Source of the DNA: Macrostomum hystrix
Lineage: Eukaryota; Animalia; Platyhelminthes
Assembly (NCBI GenBank): GCA_950097015.1
Contig: CATNEN010000038.1
Location: forward strand, 15,438,001 to 15,502,000
Length of the DNA: 64,000 bases
Direction of reading: 5' to 3'
Below are positions 21,001-33,220 of the stretch, in pieces. Within the stretch, counting starts at the first letter, position 1; every line of letters begins with the position of its first letter. A program made the position numbers and the translations under genes. The notes beneath the pieces are model-generated. The model made no database searches. It had not been told where the DNA came from and worked only from the letters and a program-made list of their open reading frames with translations.

Positions 21001-23474
21001 TTTTGATGCAAACTTTTCCCCCGCTGTCGCAACATGCAGTTAGGTCGTGGAGTAACTTTTGCAACTAACCATTGAAGACTTTTAATGGTTGGAAACATGA
21101 CTATGAATCCTGCAGTTTTCATGCGGAAAATTAATGTGTTTTGAATGATTTGTTATATAGAAGATTCAGACAAAAATGCCATAGAGAAAAATGTCTAAGT
21201 TGAAAAATGGCATAATTTCCACATAAAAATGTCTGTGAAAAATAATCGACTTAGGATTTTTACAAGCTTTATCGTTTTTCTATAGACCTCTAAAATCGTT
21301 TTTTATTGCGTTAATAACGGATATTTTAAATAGTCCGATGTCATTTTACAGCTGGGTGGAGGAACCAAGGGTATTAGAATGGACAACTATAAATAGCATC
21401 TATATAATTTAATTTATGGTCTAAGGCTCAAGGCAACAAGTTGCTTCCGTTGGGATAAGATTTTGTTTAATTCAGCGTTAAAAATGTTTGAGCGTCTATG
21501 CGTGGCTTTTTTGACTGAAGCTTCAAAAATGTTCGCCCTTGTGCGCTAAACTCCAAGGCACAGTGAAAAGTATACACTGCCTAGGATATGAAAAAGTCAG
21601 GGCAGATGTACACACCTGTGTGAGCGTGTGTCTGCGGTCTGCGTACGGTATCTGTGTGCGTGTGTGCTCAGGAGTCAGCGAAATGGGCAGAATTGCCTCC
21701 TCGCTGGCTGCGGGTCTAGTGTGTCATCAAATGATGTGCCATTGCCCGCAGCCCTCCTGCAATTTTAATTCTTTGCATCCTAGTTGTTCTTATTACACAT
21801 TTATTCGACCCATTTGATTTTAATTGTCACAGGTGATGAGACCAGCCAACGGTGCGCCGCCAGTTATGTATGTGCCTCGCGCTGTCAGCCTGACAGACAC
21901 CCATGCCCATCAGTGCTACCTGGAGCAGCAGCAGCTAAAGCAGAATCCTCAGCAGCCGGCGTTCGATGACCCTCCCAGATCCGAGGCCAGCCGAAGGCTG
22001 CAAGACGACTCAGCCTGGTACTCGACTAGGCTGGCTAGGAGTTTCGTCAACCTGAACGACTGTGCCAAACACGGCGACTTGGAGTCCATTAGGCTGGCAC
22101 TGCAGAAAGGCTACAGCACGGAGACAGCGGACAAGCTTAGCAAGACACCGCTTATGGTGGCTGCGCACTACGGCAATATAGATGTGGCCAAATTCCTGCT
22201 GGAGGCAGGGTGAGCGATGAGGCTGGGGTGGAGTAGGGATCAGCGAGACGTGGAGAAGGGATCATTTAGAGGGCTAGTAGGGAAAGAAAAATCAAGGAAA
22301 GGTGAAGTAGGGATCTTTGAGAAGTGGAGTAGGGATCATTGAGAAGTGGAGAAGGGATCATTGAGAAGTGGAGAAGGGACCAGTGAGAAGTGGAGTAAGG
22401 ATCAGTGAGAAGTGGAGAAGGGATCAGTGAGAAGTGGAGTAGGGATCAGTAAGAAGTGGAGTATGTAGAGAAGTAGAGAAGGATTAGGATCATTGATAGG
22501 TGGATTAGGGATCATTGAGAGGTGATTAGGATCATCCAGAGGCGGAGAAGTGACAGACAAATAAAGGCTGTTAGTAAGAGTGAAAGCGGTATGCAAGCAG
22601 GTAATAGAAGGCTCATTAATTAAATAAATGTGCACATTCAAATCCTCAAGTGCCGACGTGAACGCAAGAGACAATTTCAAATGGACGCCGTTGCATCACG
22701 CCTGTCACTCCGGCCACCTGGAGATGGCTGAACTGCTGCTGAAGCACGGCGCACCGACCGAGGCCGTAGCTCTGAACGGGTCGACGCCGCTGCTAAGAGC
22801 GATTGAGACAGGCAACCTGCAGCTGGTTGATCTGCTGTTGAAGTACGGCGCCAAGGCTTCGGTGGAGAACAAGATGGGTGAGATAAATTCGAACTAAGAA
22901 GAAATCAATTTACATCAATAGCTGGAAACCGCGTTCGCCTCTCGCATCAAGGTCCCTGAGCTCGATTTCGCGGCGAGGCCACATTCATTTCATTAGACGA
23001 GACAAGGCATGGGGCTTGTAGTGCAATTTACCCCCTTAAGGGCCAGTCTCCAAGGCACAGCGAGTGTGTCTGACGATGAGAAAGTCAGGGCAGATGTACA
23101 ACACACCTGTGTGAGCGTGTGCCTGTGTACAGTATCTGTGTGCGTGTGTGCTCAGGATTCAGCGAAATGGGCAGAATTGCCTCCTCGCTGGCTGCGGGTC
23201 TAGTGTAACCAAATGATGTGCCATTGCCCGCTGCCCTTCTACTAATATTTTTATTAATATTGTAATATTTTTATATTGTATTTTTAGCTAGACAATACAA
23301 ATTTATCATCCTGCGCTAATCAATTCAGGCCAGATGATTCACGAGGTCGCTCAGAACTGGGGCGCGCCAAAGGTGGCCGACTTCATCAAGGCCAAATTTC
23401 CCAAGATGACGGCCATCGATCCCAAGAAGAAGAAGAACAAGGCCGGGGGAGGCAAGAGAAAGGTGAGAAAATGA
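15080..23474 (+). CDS. ANKEF1: Ankyrin repeat and EF-hand domain-containing protein 1; exons 15080-15274, 15370-15523, 18688-18884, 19638-19979, 20479-20922, 21833-22209, 22651-22877, 23329-23474
   Basis: N-terminus MPVATDRLGALQVCKLIQCVR, multiple ankyrin repeats, central EF-hand-like region (LYDW...DPEATGQV...YKDFLTGRKYISKLYL), Lys-rich segment and DNFKWTPLHHACHSG; all GT-AG junctions in phase. Confidence 0.88.
16729..17969 (+). mobile_element. IS630/Tc1/mariner-superfamily DNA transposon, internally deleted, in ANKEF1 intron 2
   Basis: ~150-bp near-perfect TIRs (tagctttttgcgttcaatttt... / ...aaaattgaacgcaaaaagcta), TA target duplication, frameshifted transposase remnants (LLDGARFH...LPPYSPFLNPVE). 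Confidence 0.9.
17060..17696 (+). pseudogene. Disrupted DDE transposase
   Basis: HTH start (MEHRQYATISRDKRDLVIQAW) jumps to the catalytic domain in another frame; second frameshift near 17350. Confidence 0.8.
18303..18390. mobile_element. Possible mini-MITE (ccatagaca...tgtctatgg, flanked by TTAA)
   Basis: Short terminal inverted repeat; the same motif recurs at 16.36 kb, 18.47 kb and 20.98 kb. Confidence 0.3.
18965..19615. repeat. 23-bp minisatellite (agatagataaggtttca[gctgtt/cttgtc]) in ANKEF1 intron 3
   Basis: Direct inspection; two alternating variants. Confidence 0.95.
20090..20402. repeat. ~23-bp minisatellite (caaacaggtatcacaggatc...) in ANKEF1 intron 4
   Basis: Direct inspection. 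Confidence 0.9.
21530..21770 (+). mobile_element. SINE family B copy (5' truncated)
   Basis: Homologous body and 3' end. Confidence 0.75.
22225..22535. repeat. ~21-22-bp purine-rich minisatellite (gatcagtgagaagtggagtagg) in ANKEF1 intron 6
   Basis: Direct inspection. Confidence 0.85.
22925..23250 (+). mobile_element. SINE family B copy
   Basis: Homologous to 9977-10312. Confidence 0.8.
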
Positions 23475-25417
23475 ATAAATTAAGCAGTGAGCAATAATAT
23501 ATGACACAAATTGTTCACGTGTATACAGAACTCACATAGGCTCACATAGAGGACTACAAAAGTCTCCAGAGCTACTAGATGTCCTTAACGTAATGTCCTT
23601 ATAACGTATATATATAACGCATAATATATAACGTATGTCTCCTAATGTCCTTAACTCGATGAGTTTATTGTATGTGAATTTAAACTGGTGCTAAAACGCA
23701 TGAGTGGTCAGATAAACTTTTTACTTGGTTCACTGAACAGCATAAAAATGACTGTATTTAAGAGTATATAACACTCGTGTATATCCATTTTGCAAAACTC
23801 GTGTTTGATTATCTTTGAATTTGTAACAACTTTAAACATGTAACTCACAATAAAACATTTTCTACAATCATGCACCTTTCAGGCTCGTTAAATACCCAAT
23901 CATGCCAAGGTAGATAAACAGGTGAACTAAAATATCAGTATCGTCAGCTGCCATAACTAAAGAACTATAAAATATCGTCAAGTAACCATTACTACATACA
24001 AGATTACTAACAGCTAGGAGTGATCAATTAACCTGGCCATGCAGTTTAACAAACAGTTAATATGGTACTGTATATTGTATTGTCTTTTTGTCTAACCATT
24101 TTCTACAAAACGTTTCCTTACTAAAGTGATCAGATTGTATTATAAAAATTAGATAAGGATTGGTTGTTGCTATTTTTAGAAGATTATAAGGCAAATGGAA
24201 TTCAAGGTCATATCTTTGTTTCCTTCAACCGCTAACAGTCAGGCTGAGTGAGGACGACCTTGTGGAATTACCCGCATTTTTGATTGGCTACACAGACAAA
24301 GCCGCTGTTATCTGCTCAATTTTCGTCATACTCGTACGCATGTGTACTGATCCTAGCCAATGCCCAATGGGGAACAAAAGTATTGCTAGCAATGAAAACT
24401 TTGGACACACTGCATATTAAATAGTTCTTTATCGCATAATAAACCAATACATACATTCAAAATAACCTTTAACTATTGTAGACAAGCGGCGGTCATTCTA
24501 CAAGGCAGTCGGCTAAATTGTCAACGGCATGAAACCGCGGTTAAAAGGAAGGACTGACTAAAATGACAATTGTGTAACCTATATATACAGTACATATTAT
24601 TATATTCTCATTATGAACAGAAATCTACGAGTATTTATCCAAAGCGCGCGTGACTTTAGCTTCGTGAGACTTAATTGCATCCTCCGCATTTAATCTAATT
24701 AATATGTAATTTGATTATTAACTAATTTAATGAATGCGATTTTATTTAACAAAATTAAGTTATCCGAGCGAAGCAATTTTGACTGTTAGTAGAGAAATAT
24801 GTGTGCCTGATTTAGAGTAACAACAGAGTATCAACTGTATACCCATCATATCGAAATTTACTAAATGACTAAAAACTCAAAACAGTTTTTTTCTATGTTT
24901 TTAATTCAATAAAATTGTTCTGCAAACGGTTTTTCTATTAGAATGAGCTATATAGATATGATGCCATAATTTTATTATACATTTTCTTTCAATATAACAA
25001 GATCATTTAATACAATTTTATTCGATTTTTTCAGAAGTTAAGCTAAAAGATGGCGTTTATAAAATTATCAGCGATTAAACGGGATATATACCATTGTACG
25101 AGTGATTCGAAATAGAGAATGTGGAATTAATGTGCATTCGGGTTACGTTAACTGCAGGCAATACAATATAGCAATTTAAACACCCGAATGAACACATTTA
25201 CTGGTGTGACTATGCTATAAAATTCGTAGTTATAGACAGAAATCGTTTATCATTATTTATAGGTTGTTTTATACAATACTGAAAGTCGTTTGACAATAAT
25301 AGAACGCCTTCATGCTTGGGATGACGAAAATATTTACCTTAACTAGCACAGTAGGTAGAATAATTATAGATTATGTGCTTATTATTACACAAAAAGAAAT
25401 GGAAATATAAAGACAGA

Positions 25418-25730
25418 AAGAGGCTGTGGCCTAGTGGTTAGGGCGTCGGATTCCAGACTTGAAGGTCGCGGGTTCGATTCCCGACTCCACTGAAACAATT
25501 TGTATTCTTTAGCAAGACAAATAACTCTGCATTGCTTCAGTTCACCCAGCTGTTAAATGGGTACCTGCATCAGCTGGCATAATTGAAGGTGGGTGTGGCA
25601 TCCCCCCAGTCCATGGACTGAAAAGCTGTACGCAGTCTTCAGATGCGCCGCGCAACAGCTGCGACTGTGCTGTCGGCTGCACATATGGCCCGATTGGGGC
25701 AGGTGTAATAAATTATTAATTATTAACTAT
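25418..25730 (+). mobile_element. SINE family A, full length
   Basis: tRNA head (tggcctagtgg / ggttcgattcc), central cagttcacccagctgttaaatgggtacc, palindrome cagtccatggactg, AT-rich tail. Confidence 0.85.
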
Positions 25731-25899
25731 TACTACGCAACCAAATTTAGAACAGCACAAGTACGTTCACAATCGGTTCAATCTTTGCTGAAATCGAATC
25801 GGATATAGCAATCAGACAGGTAAATATTTTCGTATAAAAAAGACAACAGAGGACGAATATTTTAGAAATTAATAAATTCTGTCAGCAAATATTTGACAA

Positions 25900-27215
25900 T
25901 TACTGCACCAATTTCTGATGAAGAGCGTTAAGACCGCGAAAATATTTGACAGTTTTCACTTTCAACTCGGCTGTGGCATCCTCGTCAACAATAAAGAAAG
26001 CCCTGGGGTGATTCTGAAATGCCGACACTGTCCACATGTGATTAACGCCGCACTCTATGGCTTTGTGCAGGGCAAGGGCCTTAGATAGGCCGGTGACGAG
26101 AATCATGACGTTATCAGCGTCCATCACCGTGCCAACGCCCACAGTCAGGGCCTGGGTTGGCACCAACGATTTGTCGTTGTCAAAGAACCGAGAATTTGCA
26201 TCGATGGTGTCCTGTTGAAATAGATTGAAGAATCATTTTCTAATTTTAGTGCTGTTAGTTCGGGAAGGTGGCTAGTCTCACAGATACACGGGGCAGAAAG
26301 GCCAAGTTTTGTTCAATAAACCTGTGTTGTTTATTGATATTTGATCAACAACACACTCATTCACTGAGGAGCTTTAGTCAGGATCAATTGTTACGATTTC
26401 AATTGTGAGCCTAGGAGGTTGCAATAAGATTAGCCTAGAAACTAAAGCGTCAGACTCACGAATTGAAGGTCGGGTGTTCGATTCCTGAATCCAATTTAAC
26501 TATCGGTATCAGTTTACTTAACTTTTAAATGGGTACCAGCTAAGGTAATTGAGGGTGGGTGTGGCGTCCCTTCCCCCAGTCCATGGACTAAACAGCCGTA
26601 CGCAGACTTCAGATATGCCGCGCAATAGCTGCGGCTGTGCTGTCGGCTGCACATCTGACCCAGTGAGGCTAGATATAATCAATTATACTACATAGAATAC
26701 AGAACCGAATTCTTATAACTAACCTGCGCCAGTGTCTTGACGCGAGTGCGCGAAGCCAACGAGCTCCCCGGCTCATTGAAAGCAATGTGGCCGTCTGGCC
26801 CGATGCCGCCAATGAACAGTCGAATACCGCCGGCCTCTTTAATGCTGCGCTCGAACGCCTCGCATTCGGCATCTAAATCTGGCGCGTTGCCGTCCAACAG
26901 GTGGGCGTTGACCGGGTCGATGTCAATTTGAGAGAAGAAATTGTGAAACATGTAATAGTGATAAGATTCTTGATGACTACGCGGCAGGTTGACATACTCG
27001 TCCATGTTGAAGGTCTTCACATATTTGAAGCTCAGTTCTCCATTCTGATAGAACTGAATCAGCCGTTTGTACATGCCCAGAGGCGTACTGCCAGTCGGCA
27101 GGCCCAGAGTGAAGTATTTGTCCGGGCCCGGGGCAAAGTCTAGGATGCTCTTTTTAACAAATCCGGCGGCCCATTCGGCCACGTCTTTGCTGGTGTCGCA
27201 AATTACTAGGCGCAT
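25900..27215 (-). CDS. GNPDA: Glucosamine-6-phosphate deaminase; exons 27215-26724 and 26211-25900 (267 aa)
   Basis: [54 protein letters not shown] motifs; phase-0 GT-AG intron. Confidence 0.96.
26430..26668 (+). mobile_element. SINE family A copy in the GNPDA intron
   Basis: Homologous to 25418-25730. Confidence 0.75.
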
Positions 27216-27344
27216 CTCACTGGCGTTGCTGGGATAAATTTGTCAGTAGGGATAAGCGATGAATTTTAATTTTTTTTTTAAATTTAGTAGATCTGCTAAA
27301 ACTCGACTAATATTCTTGAGACCAAAATTGTCTTAGCTCTTTTA

Positions 27345-27875
27345 TTCTCCGGGATTCCCCAGTGTGTTAATTAATTCTCAGGGATTCCCCAGTGTATTAA
27401 TTCATTCTCAGGGATTCATCAGTGCGCTATTTCTTTCACATTTCATTTACAAGGATTCCCCAGTGTGTTAATTTATACTAAGGGATTCCCTAATATGTTA
27501 ATTCATTCTCAGGGATTCCCCGGTGCACTATTTCTTTCACATCTCATTTACAGGGATTCCCCTGTGTGTTAAATTATTCTCAGGGATTCCCCAGTGCGTT
27601 AACTTATTTTCAGGGATTCCCCAGTGCGTTAACTCATTCTCAGGGATTCCCCAGTGTGCTAATTCATTACAGGATTCCCCAATATGTTAATTCATTCTCA
27701 GGGATTCCCCAGTGTGCTAATTCATTACAGGATTCCCCAATATGTTAATTCATTCTCAGGGATTCCCCGGTGCGCTATTTTGTTCACATTTCATTCACAG
27801 GGATTCCCTTGTGTGTTTTATGTCATTCTCAGGGATTCCGTCGTGAATGAACACAATCCTTGGGATTCCCGTGTT
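27345..27875. repeat. ~28-30-bp minisatellite (ttcattctcagggattccccagtgtgttaa) between SmE and GNPDA
   Basis: Direct inspection. Confidence 0.9.
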
Positions 27876-28204
27876 ATAACTCGTTGATTAAAGGAATAAT
27901 CACAGTGTGAACTGATTTTCAGAGACTCCCGATTGTGTTGTCTGCTAAAAGCTCATTTTAGTTTTTGGGGTTGTTAGATAATGCTTAAAAACTAAAAAGT
28001 AATGAAAAAAGTCAATAAGTTCAAGCATTTTATTAATAAATGTTTATTTGTTTAGAAAAGTTAGGATACAAAACGTGAACAGGACTAAATTAAGTTTAAA
28101 TATTAAAAGCTTTAAAAAGAAACAAAGTGCAAATTGCAGATCATATCTCCAGACACAGCAGCTGCACTGAATGAATAATAAAGCTAGGAATTGATTTTAA
28201 CTGG

Positions 28205-28477
28205 TCACTGCAAGGCCTCCTGTATAAGCGTGATTGTGTCGCCTTTCAGCAGGATCCGGCCAATCTTCTTACGCCCGCGACTCTTCAGATGCAACTCCTC
28301 AGCCTCGTCCATGACAATGTTCATGAATTCGTCGAAGCCGAGGATGCGACCCTCGATGCGCACATTCACCTGCTCGTAGAGCCACACCTGGACGCGGCAT
28401 TGGCTTTGTAAGAAGCGAAAGATCAGCGATATTGGAAGCACCTGCGTCTTCTGGACACGCTGCTGACGATAGGCCAT
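28205..28477 (-). CDS. SNRPE: Small nuclear ribonucleoprotein Sm E (single coding exon)
   Basis: LIFRFLQ...[33 protein letters not shown]...[13 protein letters not shown] (Sm1/Sm2 motifs). Confidence 0.96.
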   Translation of the reverse strand: MAYRQQRVQKTQVLPISLIFRFLQSQCRVQVWLYEQVNVRIEGRILGFDEFMNIVMDEAEELHLKSRGRKKIGRILLKGDTITLIQEALQ

Positions 28478-31321
28478 GATGGCTGCAAGAAAATTCAGAC
28501 TAATTCGTTTTCAGATTCACCACAGTAATACTATAAAAATGATTATACAATGGATTGTGCAAAAAGCTAAGCATTTTTTTTCAATTGTCAGCTCACGGTT
28601 AATGTTTTTTTTAACAGTAGGACTACCAAGCCATTTCGCTGGAAGCACTTGTTTTTATACTAAGGGTGGATTTCTCCCAAGGCAGCGCCCGAATGCTAAC
28701 AGCGTTGGTTGGTGTCTGATTGGTTGACAGACTAGGCGAGGGTGTCCTGTGGTTGAGCTGCGCCTAATATTTAGGCTTGATCAGTGAAATTGGAGAAATT
28801 CGCGTCAGGGTGTCCATAGTGGCCTAGTTCCATCTGTTGTAGCCCTTGAAGGTCCAGCAGTCCGTCTAGATAAAGGTAGGTGACCACTGAAGACGGGGAT
28901 GAAGCAGGTACTTTCGGGTGACATAAATCTTGAAGGCCTGGCAAGGCTGCACTGAGGCGTAGAGCAAATTCGTGTAAAGGGGTGTATGAAGTAGCGCTTT
29001 AGGGAAAAATCTGACCTTCGGTCAGAACCATTGAATATTTCGACTGTCTGAAGAGCTCGCGACCCGATTCTTGTTTCAGAAGATGCGCAACAAAAGTTGG
29101 CCTGTGTTCTTGACTTTCGTGTGCTTGCATTACCCCCATTTGCGTGCAGCAAAAAAATTGTCAGGTGGAATTCCCCCCATGGTAGAACTCTTAATATACC
29201 ATCTGCATCAACTACACACTATTTTATGTCATACTATGTTATGGTAAAAATTGCAATGGTATACCATGACATATAGATAGGCCTAGCTACTAGAAAATTT
29301 TATAATAGACCTGATGGTCTGGTATACTGATACCTAAGGCCCAAAAGTTTCTACATGGTATCTCGTAGTATGCTACATAGTATGCTAATTTCTTGTAGTG
29401 TGGACCCAGGCCTATACTTTGGTAATCACTAGGTCCTAGAATACCATGCTGACATAACAATGTGAATGAAAGCTAATAAAGTCCTAAGATCTTAGTTTTA
29501 ACCATAGGACGATTGATGTCAAAATTAGAATAATAAAAAATGATTTCAAATTTGACTTTAATTCACCACTGCAATTAATTTCTAAAAACAGGAACAAAGG
29601 TAATGGTCTGCAAAGTCAAAGACACAACTCACATTTTGTTCAATTTAGAAATAAAGTTTGATGTGTCATTTTATGGCTTAGAGCTCATACATGGCTTATA
29701 ATTTTTTGTGCTTATTTCAGAGAATAGCCAAGCAATGACACATCTAACATAATAATCTAAACTTAATTTAAAACAACCCAAGAAGACAGTTTTTTAAATC
29801 AGGAATCACAGCAAGTTGAATGACACTTAAAATGAAAGTACTTAACTTGCTAATCCCTGTAGCAATATGTAATAACAGAACTAGCTATCAACATAGCATG
29901 GGGCAATCAAAGCAATATTTTGTACCCAAATTAACCATGAAAGTTCTTGTAAGTCTGTTTGTTATACCTGCTTGTTAATAACTTTAAATCCAATTTGTCA
30001 ACTGCTTTTAAAATCACAATTAGCCCATATTTTGTTCTTTTATCTTGTAGCCTGTAGGTAAAAATATATTTTTACTTTTAATTACAAAAACTAGTCATTA
30101 AGCCAAATGTTTATAAAAAACACTGTTGCTAAATTTCAGTTTATAAAATAAAAACAAGTGGTCCTATTGTAGCTAAAAATATAATAATTAGAAGCTGAGT
30201 AAGTTAAAACTTAACTTTATCAGAATCTCTATTAAGATTATTTATTTTCATAGTGAATAACTAGGTCTCTAAAAAAAAGCAGGCTAAACATAAGCATATG
30301 TATTAGGGCCTAAAGCAATTTGGTGCCAACTGACAAGCAATGACCCAGACCCAGTAAGATTTAATATCATATGGAATCAAAAATGACATAAAAATAAAGT
30401 ACAAATATAGCAGCATATATAGCAACAAGCTTTGAGATTCAGCACTACTGTACAATAGAATGCTAGGCTTTAAGTATGCAAGGCATACATTTAAGTAGTT
30501 AAGCGATTATATAAGCATTAAGCCCTACACATATAGGCCTAGCTAGATTGCATTTGAGGACCTTTTGAGGTTTTAAAGAACTAGCAGGCTGCATAGGAAC
30601 ATTTGCAAAATACAATCTAATTTAAAACAAACTTAGGCCTAGGCCTACTTTTATTGTTTCTAGACACTTTGTTTCTATATGATAACAAAACCCTGATGAC
30701 AAACCAAACATTATTAAAAAAAGTAAGTAATTTTATAAACTTGTTATGCCTACATCTTAATTTTCTCCCGAACGGCTCAACCGATTTTCACCATTTCTTC
30801 ACCAAAAGATGTCAAATATGGGGACACATATACACGTATTTTTATTAAGCTTAACTTTATTGCTAAGGGGATTAAATATTCGAAAAACATGCTTTTTGAC
30901 CATATTCAAAGGTCAAACTATCTTGGCCTATTAAGAATTTCACTCACTGCCACTGAATTGAAATTGCATCGTCAAATTGCGCAACAACCCCTAGCTGATT
31001 GAATTTAAAGCCTGCACTCTGGAGACAAATTGGAAATAATTGTACACAACCAACCAAGAGACTGAGTGTACTCTATTTTCTTACTTCATTGTACAAAGCC
31101 AGAACTTTGAGAATTCATTTTATAAGGCTGATTTTTGCACCCACTAACCAACAGTCGGAATAGCCTATGTGTAGTCATCTAGGAATAGTTTAGGCTAGGC
31201 TAGGGTTCGATTCTGCACTGCGTCAAATCATTTAGACTAATTTTCAGCCAGTAGTGATGGATGCGAAGCGATAAATTTTTTTGATTTTGAAAAAAGGGGA
31301 AACTTTTAATTCACTTTTGCA

Positions 31322-32675
31322 ACCAGAGCTTGAATCATGGCTAAACTAGAGTTTGAATCATGGCTAAACTAGAGCTTGAATCATGGCTAAACTAGAGTCT
31401 GAATCATAGCTAAACCAGAGTCTGAATCATGGCTAAACCAGAGTTTGAATCATGGCAAAATTCGAGTTTGAATCATAGCCAACCAGAGTTTGAATCATGG
31501 CAAAACCAGAGTTTGAATCATGGCTAAACCAGCGTTTGAATCATAGCTAAACGAGAGTTTGAATCATGGCTAAACCAGAGTTTGAATCATGGCTAACCCA
31601 GCGTTCGAATCATGGCTAAAACAGAGCTTGAATCATGGTTTACCCATCGTTTGAATTATGGCTAAACCAGAGTTTGAATCATGGCTAAACCAGAGTTTGA
31701 ACCATGGCTTACCCATCGTTTGAATCATGGCTAAACCAGAGTTTGAATCATGGCTATACCAGAGTTTGAATCATGGCTAAACCAGAGTTTGAATCATGGC
31801 AAAACTCGAGTTTGAATCATAGCCAACCAGAGCTTCAATCATGGCAAAACCAGAGTTTGAATCATGGCTAAACCAAAGTTTGAATCATGGCTAAACCAGA
31901 ATTTTTATCATGGCTAAACCAGAGTTTGAATCATGGCTAAACAAAAGTTTGAATCATGGCTAAACCAGAGTCTGAATCATGGCTAAACCAGAGTTTGAAT
32001 CATGGCTAAACCAGAGTTTGAATCATGGCAAAATTCGAGTTTGAATCATAGCCAACCAGAGTTTGAATCATGGCAAAACCAGAGTTTGAATCATGGCTAA
32101 ACCAGCGTTTGAATCATAGCTAAACGAGAGTTTGAATCATGGCTAAACCAGAGTTTGAATCATGGCTAACCCAGCGTTCGAATCATGGCTAAAACAGAGC
32201 TTGAATCATGGTTTACCCATTGTTTGAATTATGGCTAAACCAGAGTTTGAATCATGGCTAAACCAGAGTTTGAATCATGGCTAAACCAGCGTTTGAATCA
32301 TGGCTAACCCAGCATTTGAATCATGGCTAAACCAGCGTTTGAATCACAACTGAACCAGAATTTTTATCATGGCTAAACCAGAGTTTGAATCATGGCTAAA
32401 CTAGAGTTTGAATCATGGCTAAACTTGAGTTTGAATCATGGCTAACCCAGCGTTTGAATCATGGCTAAAACAGAGCTTGAATCATGGCTTACCCATCGTT
32501 TGAATCATGGCTAAACCAGAGCTTGAATCATAGCAAACCAGAGTTCAAGCTAAACCAGAGCTTGAATCATGGCTAAACCAGAGCTTGAATCATGGCTAAA
32601 CAAGAGTTAGAATCGTGGCTAAACCAGCGTTTGAATCATGGCTAACCCAGCGTTTGAATCATGGCTAAACCAGAA
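31322..32675. repeat. 23-bp satellite (tgaatcatggctaaaccagagtt) inside the Helitron
   Basis: Direct inspection. Confidence 0.95.
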
Positions 32676-33220
32676 CTAGGGGATAATCGTCAACTGAGGG
32701 ATCATGGTAAACTGGGGGATAATTGTCAACTGGGGTATCATTGTCAACTGGAGGATCATTGTCAACTGGGGGATAATTGTCAACTGGGGAATCATCATCA
32801 AATGGGGGATCAATGTCAACTGGGGATCATTGTCAAATGGGGATCATCATCAACTGGGGGATCATTGTCAACTGGGTGATCATCATCAACTGGGGGATCA
32901 TTGTCAACTAGGGGGTAATGGTCAACTGGGGGAACATTGTCAACTGGGGATCATCATCAATGGGGGATCATAGGGCCTAGTCAACTGGGAGATAATTGTC
33001 AACTGGGTGATCAATGTCAACTGGGGATCATCATCAATGGGGGATCATAGGGCCTAGTCAACTGGGAGATAATTGTCAACTGGGTGATCATTGTCAACTG
33101 GGGGTTCATTGTCAACTGGGGAATTATTGTCAACTGGGGGATCATTGTCAACTGGGGGATCATTGTCAACTGGGGGGAAATTGTCGACTGGGGGATCATT
33201 GTCAACTGGAGGATCATTGT
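32676..33220. repeat. 18-bp satellite (ggggatcattgtcaactg) inside the Helitron
   Basis: Direct inspection; same unit in reverse at 61.4-64 kb. Confidence 0.95.

Noticed and set aside
25418-25492. tRNA gene (also 5825, 9977, 37030)
   Set aside because: The A and B boxes continue into shared SINE bodies; no proper cloverleaf or terminator
28805-29152. 115-aa minus-strand ORF; also considered as telomerase RNA, RNase P/MRP, 7SK or snRNA
   Set aside because: Non-ATG start and no protein motif; diagnostic conserved boxes or template of those RNAs were not found
31322-33220. CRISPR-like appearance of regular repeats here and elsewhere
   Set aside because: Head-to-tail units with no unique spacers, no cas genes, eukaryotic context
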